The notes below the pieces were generated by a model, which was not told the origin of the DNA, searched no databases, and saw only the letters and a list, made by a program, of their open reading frames with translations. Positions 1-9,689 of a stretch of DNA of 64,000 nucleotides are shown piece after piece; position 1 is the first letter of the stretch, and each line of letters starts with the position of its first letter. The translations under genes and the position numbers were made by a program. This DNA comes from an uncultured delta proteobacterium (GTDB taxonomy: Bacteria > Myxococcota > Myxococcia > Myxococcales > Myxococcaceae), in NCBI GenBank assembly GCA_963745475.1, contig CAVUXN010000004.1, forward strand, positions 1 through 64,000, read 5' to 3'.

Positions 1-168
1 TGGTTTTGGCTGCGCTTCTTCAACCGCCCCGACGAGCCGGTGGGGTTTCTCAGCGAGGAGGAGTTGCACTCAAGGCAGAAGACGGAAGCCGAGGAGGCAC
101 CGCCGACGGCCGTCCAGTGCCCGCCGAGGAGACCGCCGCGTCGTCCTGACGGCCCCCCGATGGCCTGA
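1..168 (+). CDS. 3' end of a gene entering from the left edge (WFWLRFFNRPDEP...PPMA*), product unknown
   Basis: Frame 1 is open from base 1 to TGA at 166-168 and converges on the pilin gene. Confidence 0.4.
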   Translation, partial: WFWLRFFNRPDEPVGFLSEEELHSRQKTEAEEAPPTAVQCPPRRPPRRPDGPPMA

Positions 169-230
169 CTGCGACTTCGCATGACGCTCGGGCCGAAGGC
201 TGCTGGGGGGGCTTCTTGTGGCCCCAAAGT

Positions 231-869
231 CTACGGACAGGCCACGTCGTCGTAGTTGTTAAACGGCTGGCCGGCAGGAGTCTGGGTAGAAGTTGGATCG
301 CCGCAAACGGGGACCTGCGTGAAGTCCACGCTGGAGACAATCCAGTGGTCGATGCCAACAGCCTCGTTGTCAATGTTGGCGGTCGCGTCCGCGAGGAAGT
401 TGCAATCCGGGCAGACGCCGGTGACGCCCACGGCCGCTGGCGCGATGCCCTCGTTGGCTGCCCACACCGGAGCGAAGGCGCTGCGCGGTGGGGCAGGGTT
501 CGCGCCTGGGTATTTGAAGGTGTCCACCGTAACGGCTTCGTCTGTCGTCGCGGTGACGACGGTGATGGCCGCTCGGCTTTCAACCGACGCCGGGGCGGCG
601 CTGAAGGCGTAGTAGTAGCGGTTTCCGCGCTCCGGCGAGAAGCTGAGAGCATGGACGGCGGTGAGGTACTTGTCTGACTCCTGGAACTGCGCGCGCTGAA
701 TGGTAAACGCCGCCTTAAGGTTGGATTTGGCCTCGGCTTGCTTGGAGCGGGCCGCATACCGCATGAAGTTTGGGATGGCGATGGCCGAAAGAAGGCCGAT
801 GACGGCGAGGATGATCATCAGCTCGATGAGCGTGAAGCCGCGTCGAGAGTGAGGGCTGACCGTTGTCAT
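231..869 (-). CDS. pilA: Type IV pilin, Myxococcus PilA-like
   Basis: Prepilin site RRG|FTLIELMI with Glu5 and a hydrophobic helix, followed by AIPNF..ARSKQAEAKSNLKA as in deltaproteobacterial pilins; C-terminal Cys residues. Confidence 0.9.
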   Translation of the reverse strand: MTTVSPHSRRGFTLIELMIILAVIGLLSAIAIPNFMRYAARSKQAEAKSNLKAAFTIQRAQFQESDKYLTAVHALSFSPERGNRYYYAFSAAPASVESRAAITVVTATTDEAVTVDTFKYPGANPAPPRSAFAPVWAANEGIAPAAVGVTGVCPDCNFLADATANIDNEAVGIDHWIVSSVDFTQVPVCGDPTSTQTPAGQPFNNYDDVACP

Positions 870-1250
870 GCGAGGTGTGGAAGCAGGCGCCTTCTAAGCC
901 TCCCTCCCCACAGTCCTAAACCTCGGTGCATCGGTCAACGGGTCGGTCGATACCTAGCGGGTCATCTAGTCTTCACGTCCCTGGGGTGAATGCTCGGGCC
1001 CCTAGAGACCCCGTGCCGCTTCAAACCCACGGAAGCGCCGCGGTCGCGTTGACGTTCCGCGCTGGCTGAAACCGCGGTCCAGGGGGAGCAAACGAGTCTC
1101 AGGCCCACCTCGGCCGGCACCTGCAGCGCCCTAACCCATGGCGTCGATTCCGGTGATGGCACGGCCTAGCACCAGAGTGTGCACCTCGACGGCGAGGGAA
1201 GTTGGGCCGACCTGCGGCACTACCGGCTGAACCCGCCGAGCGACTTGGTG

Positions 1251-1496
1251 CTACGGCTTGTGAGGGTGAGCGGGGTCGGGCGCTCCGGGGTGGGGCTGCG
1301 CCGGGTCGTGGGCACCATCATGGTCGTGCTGGTCCTCGTGAGTGTGCTCGTGCGTATGCGGATGACTGTGCGTGGTCCCGGGCGGCGTGCCCGGATGGTT
1401 GTGGCCGGGGTGTGGATGCGTGTGCTCGTGTTCGTGCTCGTGCCGGTGGGTGGAGCCTGAAGAATGCTTGCCCCCCTTCGCAGGTCGCTCGCTCAT
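1251..1496 (-). CDS. 81-aa histidine-rich miniprotein, putative metal-binding
   Basis: AGGAG RBS 9 nt before ATG at 1496; 22 of 81 residues are His, in (HX)n runs. Confidence 0.6.
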   Translation of the reverse strand: MSERPAKGGKHSSGSTHRHEHEHEHTHPHPGHNHPGTPPGTTHSHPHTHEHTHEDQHDHDGAHDPAQPHPGAPDPAHPHKP

Positions 1497-1975
1497 TCGG
1501 AGAGTCTCCTTGGGGTTCCGACCGTACTTCAAGGCATCAGTGCGCGCGCGACTTCTGTGAAGGACGCTCTGCTCTCCAACCTGCCGCAATGAAGCGAACC
1601 AAATCCGGCATTTGGCGCGCGAATGTGGGCGTGTGGACGGCCTAGTCGAGTTCGCCGAGCTTGACGGCCTCTGCGCTCGACTCAAGTCGAAACTCCCCGG
1701 CGTAGCACGCCAGCACGATGTCGCCTTGGTAGGTGAACGACGTCATCGCGCCACCCCACCATGTTCCAGAAGGGGCTGCCGGTGGTTGCCGGAATGGACA
1801 CACGGACCGAGCCTTTGTGGACTTGGTCCCCACCAGCAGCAGCTTCTCGCTCGGCACTCGGCCCGACGGGATTCGTGGGGCTCGTGCTCCTAGCTAAGAT
1901 TGTCGCCCTTCAGTGCCGTGGCGCTGGCCGGACCTGAGCTGGCATCTCCTACCGGCGCCCGCAGCGTCTCAGGAT

Positions 1976-2545
1976 TCATCGTGAGCTTCTTTTGCTAGGC
2001 CGCTTTGTCAGGATGGCGCTCGCGATAATGCGAAAAAGATGATCGGCCCGCGGCGCGAATGAGGCTTGGCCGACCGCCCAGCCAAGCGCCGACATCAGGG
2101 CGAACAGGTCCTCTCCGTCCATATCGGCGCGCGCCGTTCCCTCGGCCTGAGCACGGGCGAGTAGTCGCGCGCCCGCTGAGTGCAGCGTTGTGCTTGAAGC
2201 GTAAAGCGCGGAGTCCGGGTCCGCGTGGGCGCTCGCCATCAAGGCGCAAACGCCGCTATAGCTTTGGACGAACGCCACCCCTTCGCGAAACCAGGACATG
2301 AGCGCTTCGTCCGGTGGCTTCGACGTTTCGAGCTCGGCTGCCTTCTGCGTCAGAGCGTCCGCCTTCGTACGCAGCAACTCTTCAAACAAGGCCTCTCGCG
2401 TCGGGAAATGACGAAGCAATGTGGCCAACCCGACGTCGGCCCGACGGGCGATATCTCGCATGGACGCATCGGCACCGTGCTCGGTGACGACGTTACGCGC
2501 GACTGCGAGCAGGTGGCTGTGATTTTTCCTGGCGTCGGCTCGCAT
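1976..2545 (-). CDS. TetR/AcrR family transcriptional regulator
   Basis: MRADARKN start and HTH 'SMRDIARRADVGLATLLRHFPTRE'; divergent from the SDR gene. Confidence 0.9.
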   Translation of the reverse strand: MRADARKNHSHLLAVARNVVTEHGADASMRDIARRADVGLATLLRHFPTREALFEELLRTKADALTQKAAELETSKPPDEALMSWFREGVAFVQSYSGVCALMASAHADPDSALYASSTTLHSAGARLLARAQAEGTARADMDGEDLFALMSALGWAVGQASFAPRADHLFRIIASAILTKRPSKRSSR

Positions 2546-2553
2546 CGGTTGCC

Positions 2554-2598
2554 TTGACAAGTGGAGCACTGAACCGTATATCCGGATCAGTGATCCAC
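2554..2598 (+). promoter_or_regulatory. sigma70 promoter (TTGACA-N17-TATATC) overlapped by an inverted repeat, probable TetR operator
   Basis: TTGACA 2554-2559 and TATATC 2577-2582; arms GTGGAGCACTGAACCG 2561-2576 and CGGATCAGTGATCCAC 2583-2598 pair at 14 of 16 positions. Confidence 0.75.
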
Positions 2599-2625
2599 AA
2601 GATACACGCCGAAAGGTGAACAGTC

Positions 2626-3360
2626 ATGGGAAAGCTTGCAGGTAAAGTTGCAGTCATCACGGGTGGATCGAGCGGCATGGCGCTGGCGAGCGCCAAGCGG
2701 TTCGTTGAAGAAGGCGCCTATGTTTTCATCATGGGCCGGAGGCAGGAGGCGCTTGATGAGGCCATCAAGCTCATTGGCCGGAACGTGACCGGGGTGCGCG
2801 GTGACGCGGCAAATCTCGACGACCTCGACCGTCTGTTCGACACGGTCAAGCGGGTGAAGGGCAAGATCGACATCCTGTTCGCGAGCGCTGGCACGGGCGA
2901 AGCCGTACCACTGGGCGAAATTACCGAGCAGCACTTCGATGCGGCCTTCGGTCTGAATGCGCGCGGCACGCTGTTTGCGGTTCAGAAGGCGCTGCCGCTG
3001 TTCAACGATGGCGGATCGATCTTGATGACCGGGTCAGTTGCTTCGGTGAAAGGTTTTCCCGGTTATGGCGTGTATGCGGCGAGCAAGGCGGCGTTGCGCT
3101 CATTCGCACGCACTTGGCTTAACGAACTGAAGGCCAGGAATATCCGGGTGAATGTGCTGAGCCCGGGGCCGATCGCCACACCGATGCAGGACCAAGTTCT
3201 CACCGAGGAGGCAAAGCGGATGTTCGAATCCCTGATCCCACGGGGAAAGATGGGTCGTCCTGAGGAGATTGCAACGGTGGCGCTGTTTCTTGCTTCAGAC
3301 GATTCGAGCTTCGTGAACGGGGTGGAGTTGTCCGTCGACGGCGGCTTGTCGGCCATCTGA
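2626..3360 (+). CDS. Short-chain dehydrogenase/reductase (SDR)
   Basis: TGGSSGMA nucleotide-binding motif, YAASK catalytic motif, VNVLSPGPI. Confidence 0.92.
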   Translation: MGKLAGKVAVITGGSSGMALASAKRFVEEGAYVFIMGRRQEALDEAIKLIGRNVTGVRGDAANLDDLDRLFDTVKRVKGKIDILFASAGTGEAVPLGEITEQHFDAAFGLNARGTLFAVQKALPLFNDGGSILMTGSVASVKGFPGYGVYAASKAALRSFARTWLNELKARNIRVNVLSPGPIATPMQDQVLTEEAKRMFESLIPRGKMGRPEEIATVALFLASDDSSFVNGVELSVDGGLSAI

Positions 3361-3386
3361 ATTCGCGCCAACGCCCGGAGGCCCCG

Positions 3387-4019
3387 ATGTACCAGCAATC
3401 CAAGCTTTCTGAGTTGATTCGATTCGCACGAGTTGCTGCGGGCTCTATTGTGATCGATGTGTTTCCAGGCAACGGAGACTGGACCCGCCTCTTTTCTGAC
3501 ATCGTCGGACCCGAGGGACGGGTCTCCAGTTTCGTGCCGGCCGAGATCGCTCATTTCAAGGGCGATCCGGTCGGCCGTATGCGGGCGCTGGCGAAGGAAC
3601 CGGGGCGAGAGAATGTGCAGGTTATCTCAGCGGACCTTCTGGCGCTGCCGGAGAGCTCGCAACCAGCGGATGTCGTGTGGCTGCACCTGTTCTACCACGA
3701 TCTCCATACCGGCCTTATCCAAGCCAGAGGCGCAACCCCAGCCGGCTTCAATCGAGCCGTCTATGAGCGACTCAAGCCTGGTGGGTTTTACGTCATCGTT
3801 GACCACGTTGCCGCCACTGGGACCGGCACAAGTCGTGCCGAGTCGCTGCATCGGATCGAGCCTGCGGCTGTTCGTGCGGAGGTGGAAACGGCAGGCTTTG
3901 TGCTGGACGCGGAAAGCACCGCGCTGGCAAACCAGGATGATCCGCACTCCACCAAGGTATTCGATCCTTTGATCAAGGGCGAGACCGATCGCTTCGCCTA
4001 TCGGTTTGTGAAGCTCTGA
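3387..4019 (+). CDS. Class I SAM-dependent methyltransferase
   Basis: VIDVFPGNGDWT motif I, YHD, LKPGGFYVIVDH, LHRI motifs. Confidence 0.8.
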   Translation: MYQQSKLSELIRFARVAAGSIVIDVFPGNGDWTRLFSDIVGPEGRVSSFVPAEIAHFKGDPVGRMRALAKEPGRENVQVISADLLALPESSQPADVVWLHLFYHDLHTGLIQARGATPAGFNRAVYERLKPGGFYVIVDHVAATGTGTSRAESLHRIEPAAVRAEVETAGFVLDAESTALANQDDPHSTKVFDPLIKGETDRFAYRFVKL

Positions 4020-4379
4020 GAGTGAGCCATCCGCCCCACAATGAGGTCAGTCTCTCGCAAGCGTGAAGGCGTTGCCGCCTCGACACGGCGAGGCGTTGGC
4101 TGGACGCTGCTGACGGGGAGCGGGTACACATCGGCAGAGGTCACTTCCATTCTTTCTGGGTTGGACGGCGCAACAGACCTCGAAAAGGCGTTCGCAGTAG
4201 GTTGGGTGATCCCGGGCCTCAAAGGCGAAGCCTGCTGGGGCTGCATCCAGGTGATGGGGATGAGGCGAATGTCACCGTAGAGAAAGAGGAAGAATCGTGA
4301 CTTTTGGTGTCTTGGTCTCCTGTTCACCCTGAAAAACCCGCAATAGCGCTCAACTGCCTCCCGCCGCAGCCCGGATGTC

Positions 4380-4475
4380 CGCCTGATGTGCGCAGTGCTC
4401 CGCGCGCGATTAGGGCGTAGACCGTCGCCCGAGAGATTCGGAGCAGCCTCGCTACTCCCACGGTCAGTAGCGCGC
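4380..4475 (-). pseudogene. Remnant of an excisionase-like (HTH_17/Xis-type) DNA-binding gene
   Basis: LLTVGVARLLRISRATVYALIARGALR resembles the LLTvxEvAxxLxvSxxTVYxxixxGxL pattern, with a short deletion and no credible start. Confidence 0.5.
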
Positions 4476-4551
4476 AGAAGCCGGGCTCATCGACCAGGCG
4501 AAACGGCTCTCGACGCTTCTGCATTGGAGCGTAGCTCTCACCGCTTCTGCC

Positions 4552-4725
4552 TCACGGCTTCTTGTCCAGGGTTACTCCCTTCGCTGAAGTCCGGATGACA
4601 GCAACGCCAAGTGCGACGGTGGCGATGATGAAGCCCCTGACCAGGTATTCAGGCTTACCGAGTGCCACCACCATCGAATAGGCGGCAATGAAACCGATAA
4701 TGAGGATGGCGCCGAGGCGGCACAT
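4552..4725 (-). pseudogene. Truncated duplicate of a small membrane-protein gene (MCRLGAILIIGFIAAY...)
   Basis: Two hydrophobic segments and a GAGGAG RBS; paralogous to 6641-7149 but stops early. Confidence 0.5.
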
Positions 4726-4756
4726 GAGCGGGCATCTCCTCTCCCTGCCCCAGATG

Positions 4757-4772
4757 TGCATCTCGCGTGCCT
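4757..4772 (-). promoter_or_regulatory. Putative sigma54 (-24/-12) promoter AGGCACGCGAGATGCA
   Basis: GG-N10-GC spacing with GGCACG and TGCA; about 30 nt upstream of the ATG; identical in both repeat copies. Confidence 0.6.
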
Positions 4773-4994
4773 TGCCTTACTAGGCATGCGCTCGGACTCC
4801 TGCCGAAGCTTTTGCGCCGCTGTACCCGGAGGGCGCAGGACCTAAGGTGGAAACGAAGATTGCAGCGGCGAAAAGCCAGGAAGAGCTGCGCGTCCGCGAC
4901 TTCTTCTCATCAACGGCGTGATGGCTTCCCGAAGCACCGGAGGTCTGTACGACACGTTCGTCGCGTGACTGCCACGCGGCCCAGCCCTGGGGGG

Positions 4995-5021
4995 TGTGAG
5001 ATTTGGCCGTCTCGGACGAAT
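4995..5021 (+). promoter_or_regulatory. Candidate ECF autoregulatory promoter TGTGAG-N16-CGAAT
   Basis: Bipartite motif with ECF-like spacing about 50 nt upstream of the ECF gene; only one instance. Confidence 0.35.
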
Positions 5022-5073
5022 CATCAGGCAGACAGTGAACCCGCGCACTCTGCGGCTCGTCCCCGGCTTTTCC

Positions 5074-5577
5074 ATGAGCGTAACGGACCCAAAAGAACGC
5101 TTCCTGGCTCTCCTCGAGGAGCACCGCCGGCTCCTTTACAAGGTGGCTCGGGCGTACGGGCGCTCGGCCGAGGACCGCGAGGACCTGGTCCAAGAGATGG
5201 CCGTCCAGGCTTGGAAGTCCTTCCCGCGCTACGACGAGCGCTGGCGCTTCTCCACCTGGCTGTACCGGGTCGCCCTCAACGTCGCCATCTCCTTCCAGCG
5301 CAGAGAGCGCACCCGGGCGCTTTACATCGCCCCGGGCGGGGAAACCCTTCTGGAAAGCATCGGCCAGGCCGACCCCGAGCCGGCGGAGGATGTCGCGCTC
5401 CTCTACCAGTTCATCGGGCGCCTCGACCCCCTCAACTGCGCCCTGATGCTGCTGTACCTGGACGGCCAGAGCCAGGCGGAGATTGGCGAGGTGCTGGGCA
5501 TTCGTCCCGGCAACGTGTCGACACGAGTGGGCCGCCTCAAGGAGCGCCTGCGCGAGGACTTTCGCAGCCTGCAATGA
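5074..5577 (+). CDS. ECF sigma factor
   Basis: Region 2 'DREDLVQE..WKSFPRYDERWRFSTWLYRVALN' and region 4 'LYLDGQSQAEIGEVLGI..GNVSTRVGRLK'. Confidence 0.93.
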   Translation: MSVTDPKERFLALLEEHRRLLYKVARAYGRSAEDREDLVQEMAVQAWKSFPRYDERWRFSTWLYRVALNVAISFQRRERTRALYIAPGGETLLESIGQADPEPAEDVALLYQFIGRLDPLNCALMLLYLDGQSQAEIGEVLGIRPGNVSTRVGRLKERLREDFRSLQ

Positions 5578-5594
5578 GAGAAGGAGACAGTGCC

Positions 5595-6284
5595 ATGGAA
5601 CTTGATGAGATGCAGAGGCAGTGGGCAGTGCAGGACCAGAAGCTGGACGAGGTACTTCGCCTCAACCGGAAGCTGCTCGAAAGTCAGCGCTTTAGCCGTG
5701 CACGTTCGACGCTGCAGCGACTGCGGGCCGGACTCGGTATTGAATTGCTCCTCAACGCGGTCGCCGTCGCCGCACTCGGCGCCTTCATCGGCAACCACTT
5801 TGGCGAGCTACGCTTCCTCCTCCCCGCCGTCGCGCTCGACATTGCCGCGGTGGCCATCCTGGCCTCGTCCGTCCGGCAGTTCCTCCTGGCGCGCACGCTG
5901 GACTTCACCGGCCCGGTGACGGGCAGCCAGCGTAGCCTCGAGGCCCTCCGCGTGGTGCGAATCCACACGACGCAGCGGGTCTTGCTGGCCTCTCCGCTCG
6001 CCTGGACGCCGCTCCTCATCGTCGCGCTGCAGGCGCTGTTCGGTGTGGATGCTTACACCACCTTGGGCATGCCCTACCTCGCCGCGAATCTCTTCTTCGG
6101 CGTGGCATTCGTCCTGCTGATGCGCTGGGCCGCACGACGGTGGGCCGACCGGCTCGAGCGTGGCGGCTGGGCCAGGCGCTGGGCGGAGGCCCTGGCCGGG
6201 ACGAGTCTCACCGCAGCACAGGGCCAGCTCGCCTCCATCGCCGACTTCGAGCGCGAAAGCGAGCTGCGCGCCGCCACGGCTTGA
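5595..6284 (+). CDS. Multi-TM membrane protein, putative anti-sigma factor
   Basis: AAGGAG RBS; MELDEMQRQW N-terminus followed by about 4 hydrophobic helices; directly after the ECF gene. Confidence 0.75.
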   Translation: MELDEMQRQWAVQDQKLDEVLRLNRKLLESQRFSRARSTLQRLRAGLGIELLLNAVAVAALGAFIGNHFGELRFLLPAVALDIAAVAILASSVRQFLLARTLDFTGPVTGSQRSLEALRVVRIHTTQRVLLASPLAWTPLLIVALQALFGVDAYTTLGMPYLAANLFFGVAFVLLMRWAARRWADRLERGGWARRWAEALAGTSLTAAQGQLASIADFERESELRAATA

Positions 6285-6640
6285 CGACACCCGACCGACC
6301 GCACAACAAGAAAGGCTTCCGTGGATGCCTTTTGACGCTTGCCACCGCTGCCTCTGCCGCTCGATTGCGGCCACTTGGGTGCCGAAATCCTGGGCTCGGC
6401 TTGAGACGCAGGTGGGCGCCGGTGAACGGCGTGCCCCATTTTCACGCCACGGAATCCGCCACGACTGGCGCAGAATGAGGCGTCATCTCGTGAACGCACG
6501 GGGAGCGGCGAGCGACTAAGAATGCAAGCAATTCCAAACCATAAATAGGTGTGCGGTCGCAGGTTACAAATTAGGGCTAGACGCTTGTCCCGTGCTCCTC
6601 GCTTCGCCGTTCACCTAGGGCCTCGAATTGGCTGTGGTTT

Positions 6641-7149
6641 TCAGTCACCGGACCGCGGCCCTGTGGTTGCTAGTTTCTCCGGCATTTCTCCACTCGCGGA
6701 GGCATCGGACGTTCCGTTCCTCGGAGCGGGGCACTGAGGCGCGCACTGGCTGCGCTCCCCGCCTAGGGGACTCAGAGACACGCCCAAGGTGGTCCGCAGC
6801 TCCTCTTTGGCGAGGTTCGTCGGGCCCTTGGCGCGGCGGTGAGCCTCTATATATGCGAGCGCGAAGAGGGCGAACGCGGAAATGAGGAGAGGGCTGGCAA
6901 TCATCGCCGGCAGGAGGTTGTCGAGAAGCCCGTCGACAAGCCATTGGAGCACAGCTCTCACCGCTTCTGCCTCCACGGCTTCTTGTCCAAAGTTGCTCGC
7001 CTTCGCTGAAGTCCGGATGGCACCAATGCCAAGCGCGACGGTGGCGATGATGAAGAACCCCTGACCAGGTATTCAGGCTTTCCGACTGCCAACCCAATCG
7101 AATAGGCGGCGATGAGCCCGATAATGAGGATGGCGCTGAGGCGGCACAT
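6641..7149 (-). pseudogene. Membrane protein of unknown function, with a frameshift in a G-run near 7060
   Basis: MCRLSAILIIGLIAAY...EYLVRG continues after a frameshift as FFIIATVALGIG...EAEAVRAVLQWLVDG...LISAFALFALAY; about 3 TM segments. Confidence 0.5.
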
Positions 7150-7374
7150 GGGCGGGTATCTCCTCTCCCTGCCCACACACGTGCATCTCGCGTGCCTTGC
7201 CTTACTAGGCATGCGCCCGGACTTCTCCCGCAAAGCTTTTGCGCCTCTGTCCCCCGAGGGCGCAGGGCAGAAGGTGGAAACGAGGATTGCAGCGGCGAAG
7301 GGGTAGGAAGAGCGGCGCGGTCGGCGGCTTTTTTCTCATCAACGGCGTGATGGCGCTTCGCGAAGCACGGGAGG
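6942..7374. repeat. Copy 2 of the ~420-bp imperfect direct repeat
   Basis: Collinear with 4522-4943. Confidence 0.92.
7182..7197 (-). promoter_or_regulatory. Putative sigma54 promoter, second copy
   Basis: AGGCACGCGAGATGCA with GG-N10-GC spacing. Confidence 0.6.
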
Positions 7375-7629
7375 CCGACGCTTGACCGGCGGCACCTCTA
7401 CCCCAAAGCGTCAAGTCGGTACTCCTCGCTTCACTCTTGCTCTAGAGCCTCTGAATAGCTGCGGTTTCAGTCTGGCGAGCCCAGCTTAGGTCCTGCTTTC
7501 TCGAGTATCTGTCCGCTCGCGGAAGCACCGGCGGTTCCGTCCCGTGGGGCGGCCGCAGAGAACGCGCACTGGGCTACGTCCCTCGCCGTGCATCTGCCAC
7601 CGAGTACTCGGGTCGGGCCTTTGAAGTGG

Positions 7630-7910
7630 TCGCTCTCCTGGGGGAGTGCAAAGATGGCTGAGGCGTACCGGGTGAAGGACACCCGGCTCGGAAGAGACTT
7701 CGCCATCATCAAGCGGATCCGCCCTCGTTTGCTGAGGATGCAGCGTTCGTCGAGATGTTCGTCAGCGAGGCTCGGCTAGTGAGCCGCCTGAAACACGCCA
7801 ACATCGTTCAGATCTTCGACTTCGACCGGCATGAGGACACTTTTCTACATCACGATGGATTACGTCCGAGGAAAATCCTTGGCCCAAGCGCACCGGCGCG
7901 CGCGCGTGAG
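7630..7910 (+). pseudogene. N-lobe fragment of a Hanks-type Ser/Thr kinase
   Basis: MAEAYRVKDTRLGRDFAIIKRI / MFVSEARLVSRLKHANIVQIFDF / YITMDYVRGKSL spread over several frames; no catalytic loop follows. Confidence 0.8.
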
Positions 7911-7995
7911 GTGAGCAAGAAGTCCATCTTCGACCAGTCCCGTCGCGACGCCGAAGGCATCTCGCGCCCCGCGCTGAGCTGACCAACACAGGGCT

Positions 7996-8938
7996 TCACG
8001 GCAGATTGATGCGGTCTTCCACCAGGTAGTGCGGCCTTCCCTTCACCTCATCGAAGATGGCGCCGACGTACTCTCCGACGATTCCGAGGAAAATGAGCTG
8101 AACCCCGCTGAAGAGCGAGATGAGGATTCCGTCAGCGTTGTCCACCCGGAGGGGGAGCGAGCGGTTGCGCCAGTACTCCACGAGTGTCAGCGCTGCGTTG
8201 ATCAGGGCGAAGCCTGCGAGACAGGAATCCGAGCGCCACGGCTGCGTGCAAGGGGCGTTTGCTGAACGACACGACACCGTTCATTCCGAAGCGCCACAAC
8301 CGCGCCAGCGAGTACTTGCTCTTTCCCGCCCGCCGTTCGTCAACCTGGAACGGGACCCCCACGCTCTTGAAGCCCACCCAGCTGAACAACCCGCGCAAGA
8401 ACTGATTCCGCTCTCGAATCTGGTTGCGGAACACATCCGCGACCCTGCGCGAGATGAGTCGAAAATCCGCGGCGCTTTCGTTGACCGGAACCGTCGAGAG
8501 CCAGTTGATCACTCTGTAGAACAAGCGCGAGCTGAGCCGCTTGAAGAGTCCGATCTCTGGACGATCTTGCCGCACGGTGTAGACGATGTCGTAACCCTTC
8601 TCGAAACTCGCCAGGAGTTCGGGAAGAAGCGCCGGCGGATGCTGGAGGTCGCTGTCCATCATCAGCACCGCATCGCCCTGGGCATGATCGATCCCAGCGA
8701 CGAGCGACATCTGATGGCCGAATCTGGCGCTGAGCGCCAGGACTTGGATCCGCTTGTCCGTGCTCGCCAGGCTGCGGAGGATCTCCAGCGAGTTGTCAGT
8801 AGAGCGATCGACCACGTAGAGCACCTTGGCTTCGTATCGCTGCGAAAGGCCATCCAGCACCCGAGCCAGCTCGTTGTGGAACTCGCCGATGACCTCCGAC
8901 TCGTTGTAAACGGGGCAGACAACTGTGAATGTCGTCAC
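7996..8938 (-). CDS. GT2 polyprenol-phosphate glycosyltransferase (GtrB-like), frameshifted near 8225
   Basis: VVCPVYNE, ARFGHQ, MDSDLQHPP, ADFRL and RFLRG-like motifs; C-terminal TMs ending GIVGEYVGAIFDEVKGRPHY. Confidence 0.88.
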
Positions 8939-9689
8939 GGACCCTCCAGTGCCCCAGCCAGGACGTCTCGGAGCATCGTCTCGAGCCCGCGAGGCGAGCC
9001 TGGCCCAACCAATTGGAGAAGACGCGCCGTGCTGCCGTAGTGCTGGGGGATGTCCACCTGCTTGACAAGCACGCTGCTGGTCCTGACCTCGACGTCGACG
9101 CCGGTAGGGGAGAGCTGGAGAAGGGCGAGCCGGACGACGTCCGCAATCTGCCGTGCGAAGGAGGCCGCGACGAGGTGGCCCGGCATTCCTGCGCCGAGGA
9201 GGTTGAAGGGCCGCGCCACGACCACGGGCGCCCTCGCCGGGCAGCCGCCAGCCCCTCGACCGTCTGTGCGAGTTTGCTGATGCCGTAGTGCCCGTATGGT
9301 CGGGCGGAAAGCGACTCGAGGATCGGGAGATCCCCACTCGCGACCTGTCCGTACTCCGCGGAGGATCCGACGAGTAGCAGCGGAGATGTAGAGTATCCGG
9401 CCTCCTCCGAGGCAGTGAGCAACGCCGCGGCGAAGCCAATGTTGACCCGGTAATAGTCGAGCGGCTCCGTCCCGTGGCTGAGCCCGGCCAGGTGGAAGAT
9501 CTGGTGTGGAGCTACCCGGGTGATGATCTCCCGCAGCGCGGCGCGGTCCGTCACAGACGCGATGTGGTGATGCCCGGGGCGTTGGAGAAGACGCGTCCCC
9601 ACGGTGTGGACTTCGTCCCCACACGCCTGCAGGAACGCGACCAGCCGCTGTCCGGAGAAGCCCCCTCCTCCAGTCACGAGGATTCTCAT
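8935..9689 (-). pseudogene. NAD-dependent epimerase/reductase (GDP-4-keto-6-deoxymannose reductase-like), frameshifted and apparently internally deleted
   Basis: ILVTGGGGFSG, HLAG, GSSAEYG, YGISK; frameshift before ARPFNLLG; the usual GN..RDF segment is missing. Confidence 0.75.

Larger units (their letters stand above)
4522..4943. repeat. Copy 1 of a ~420-bp imperfect direct repeat (copy 2 at 6942-7374)
   Basis: Collinear matching blocks by eye, e.g. GCATCTCGCGTGCCTTGCCTTACTAGGCATGCGC, CCCCTGACCAGGTATTCAGGCTT and TTCTCATCAACGGCGTGATGGC in both copies. Confidence 0.92.

Noticed and set aside
1179..1460. Val/Met-rich hydrophobic plus-strand ORF
   Set aside because: It mirrors the His codons of the minus-strand miniprotein, which has the RBS.
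3218..3235. GTTCGAATCCC, similar to a tRNA T-loop
   Set aside because: It lies inside the SDR coding frame and no cloverleaf can be built around it.
4767..5594. Long N-terminal extension of the anti-sigma ORF (505 aa)
   Set aside because: Arg/Pro-rich off-frame read through the sigma gene; the RBS supports a start at 5595.
8120..9040. 306-aa plus-strand ORF
   Set aside because: Antisense to the GT2 gene.
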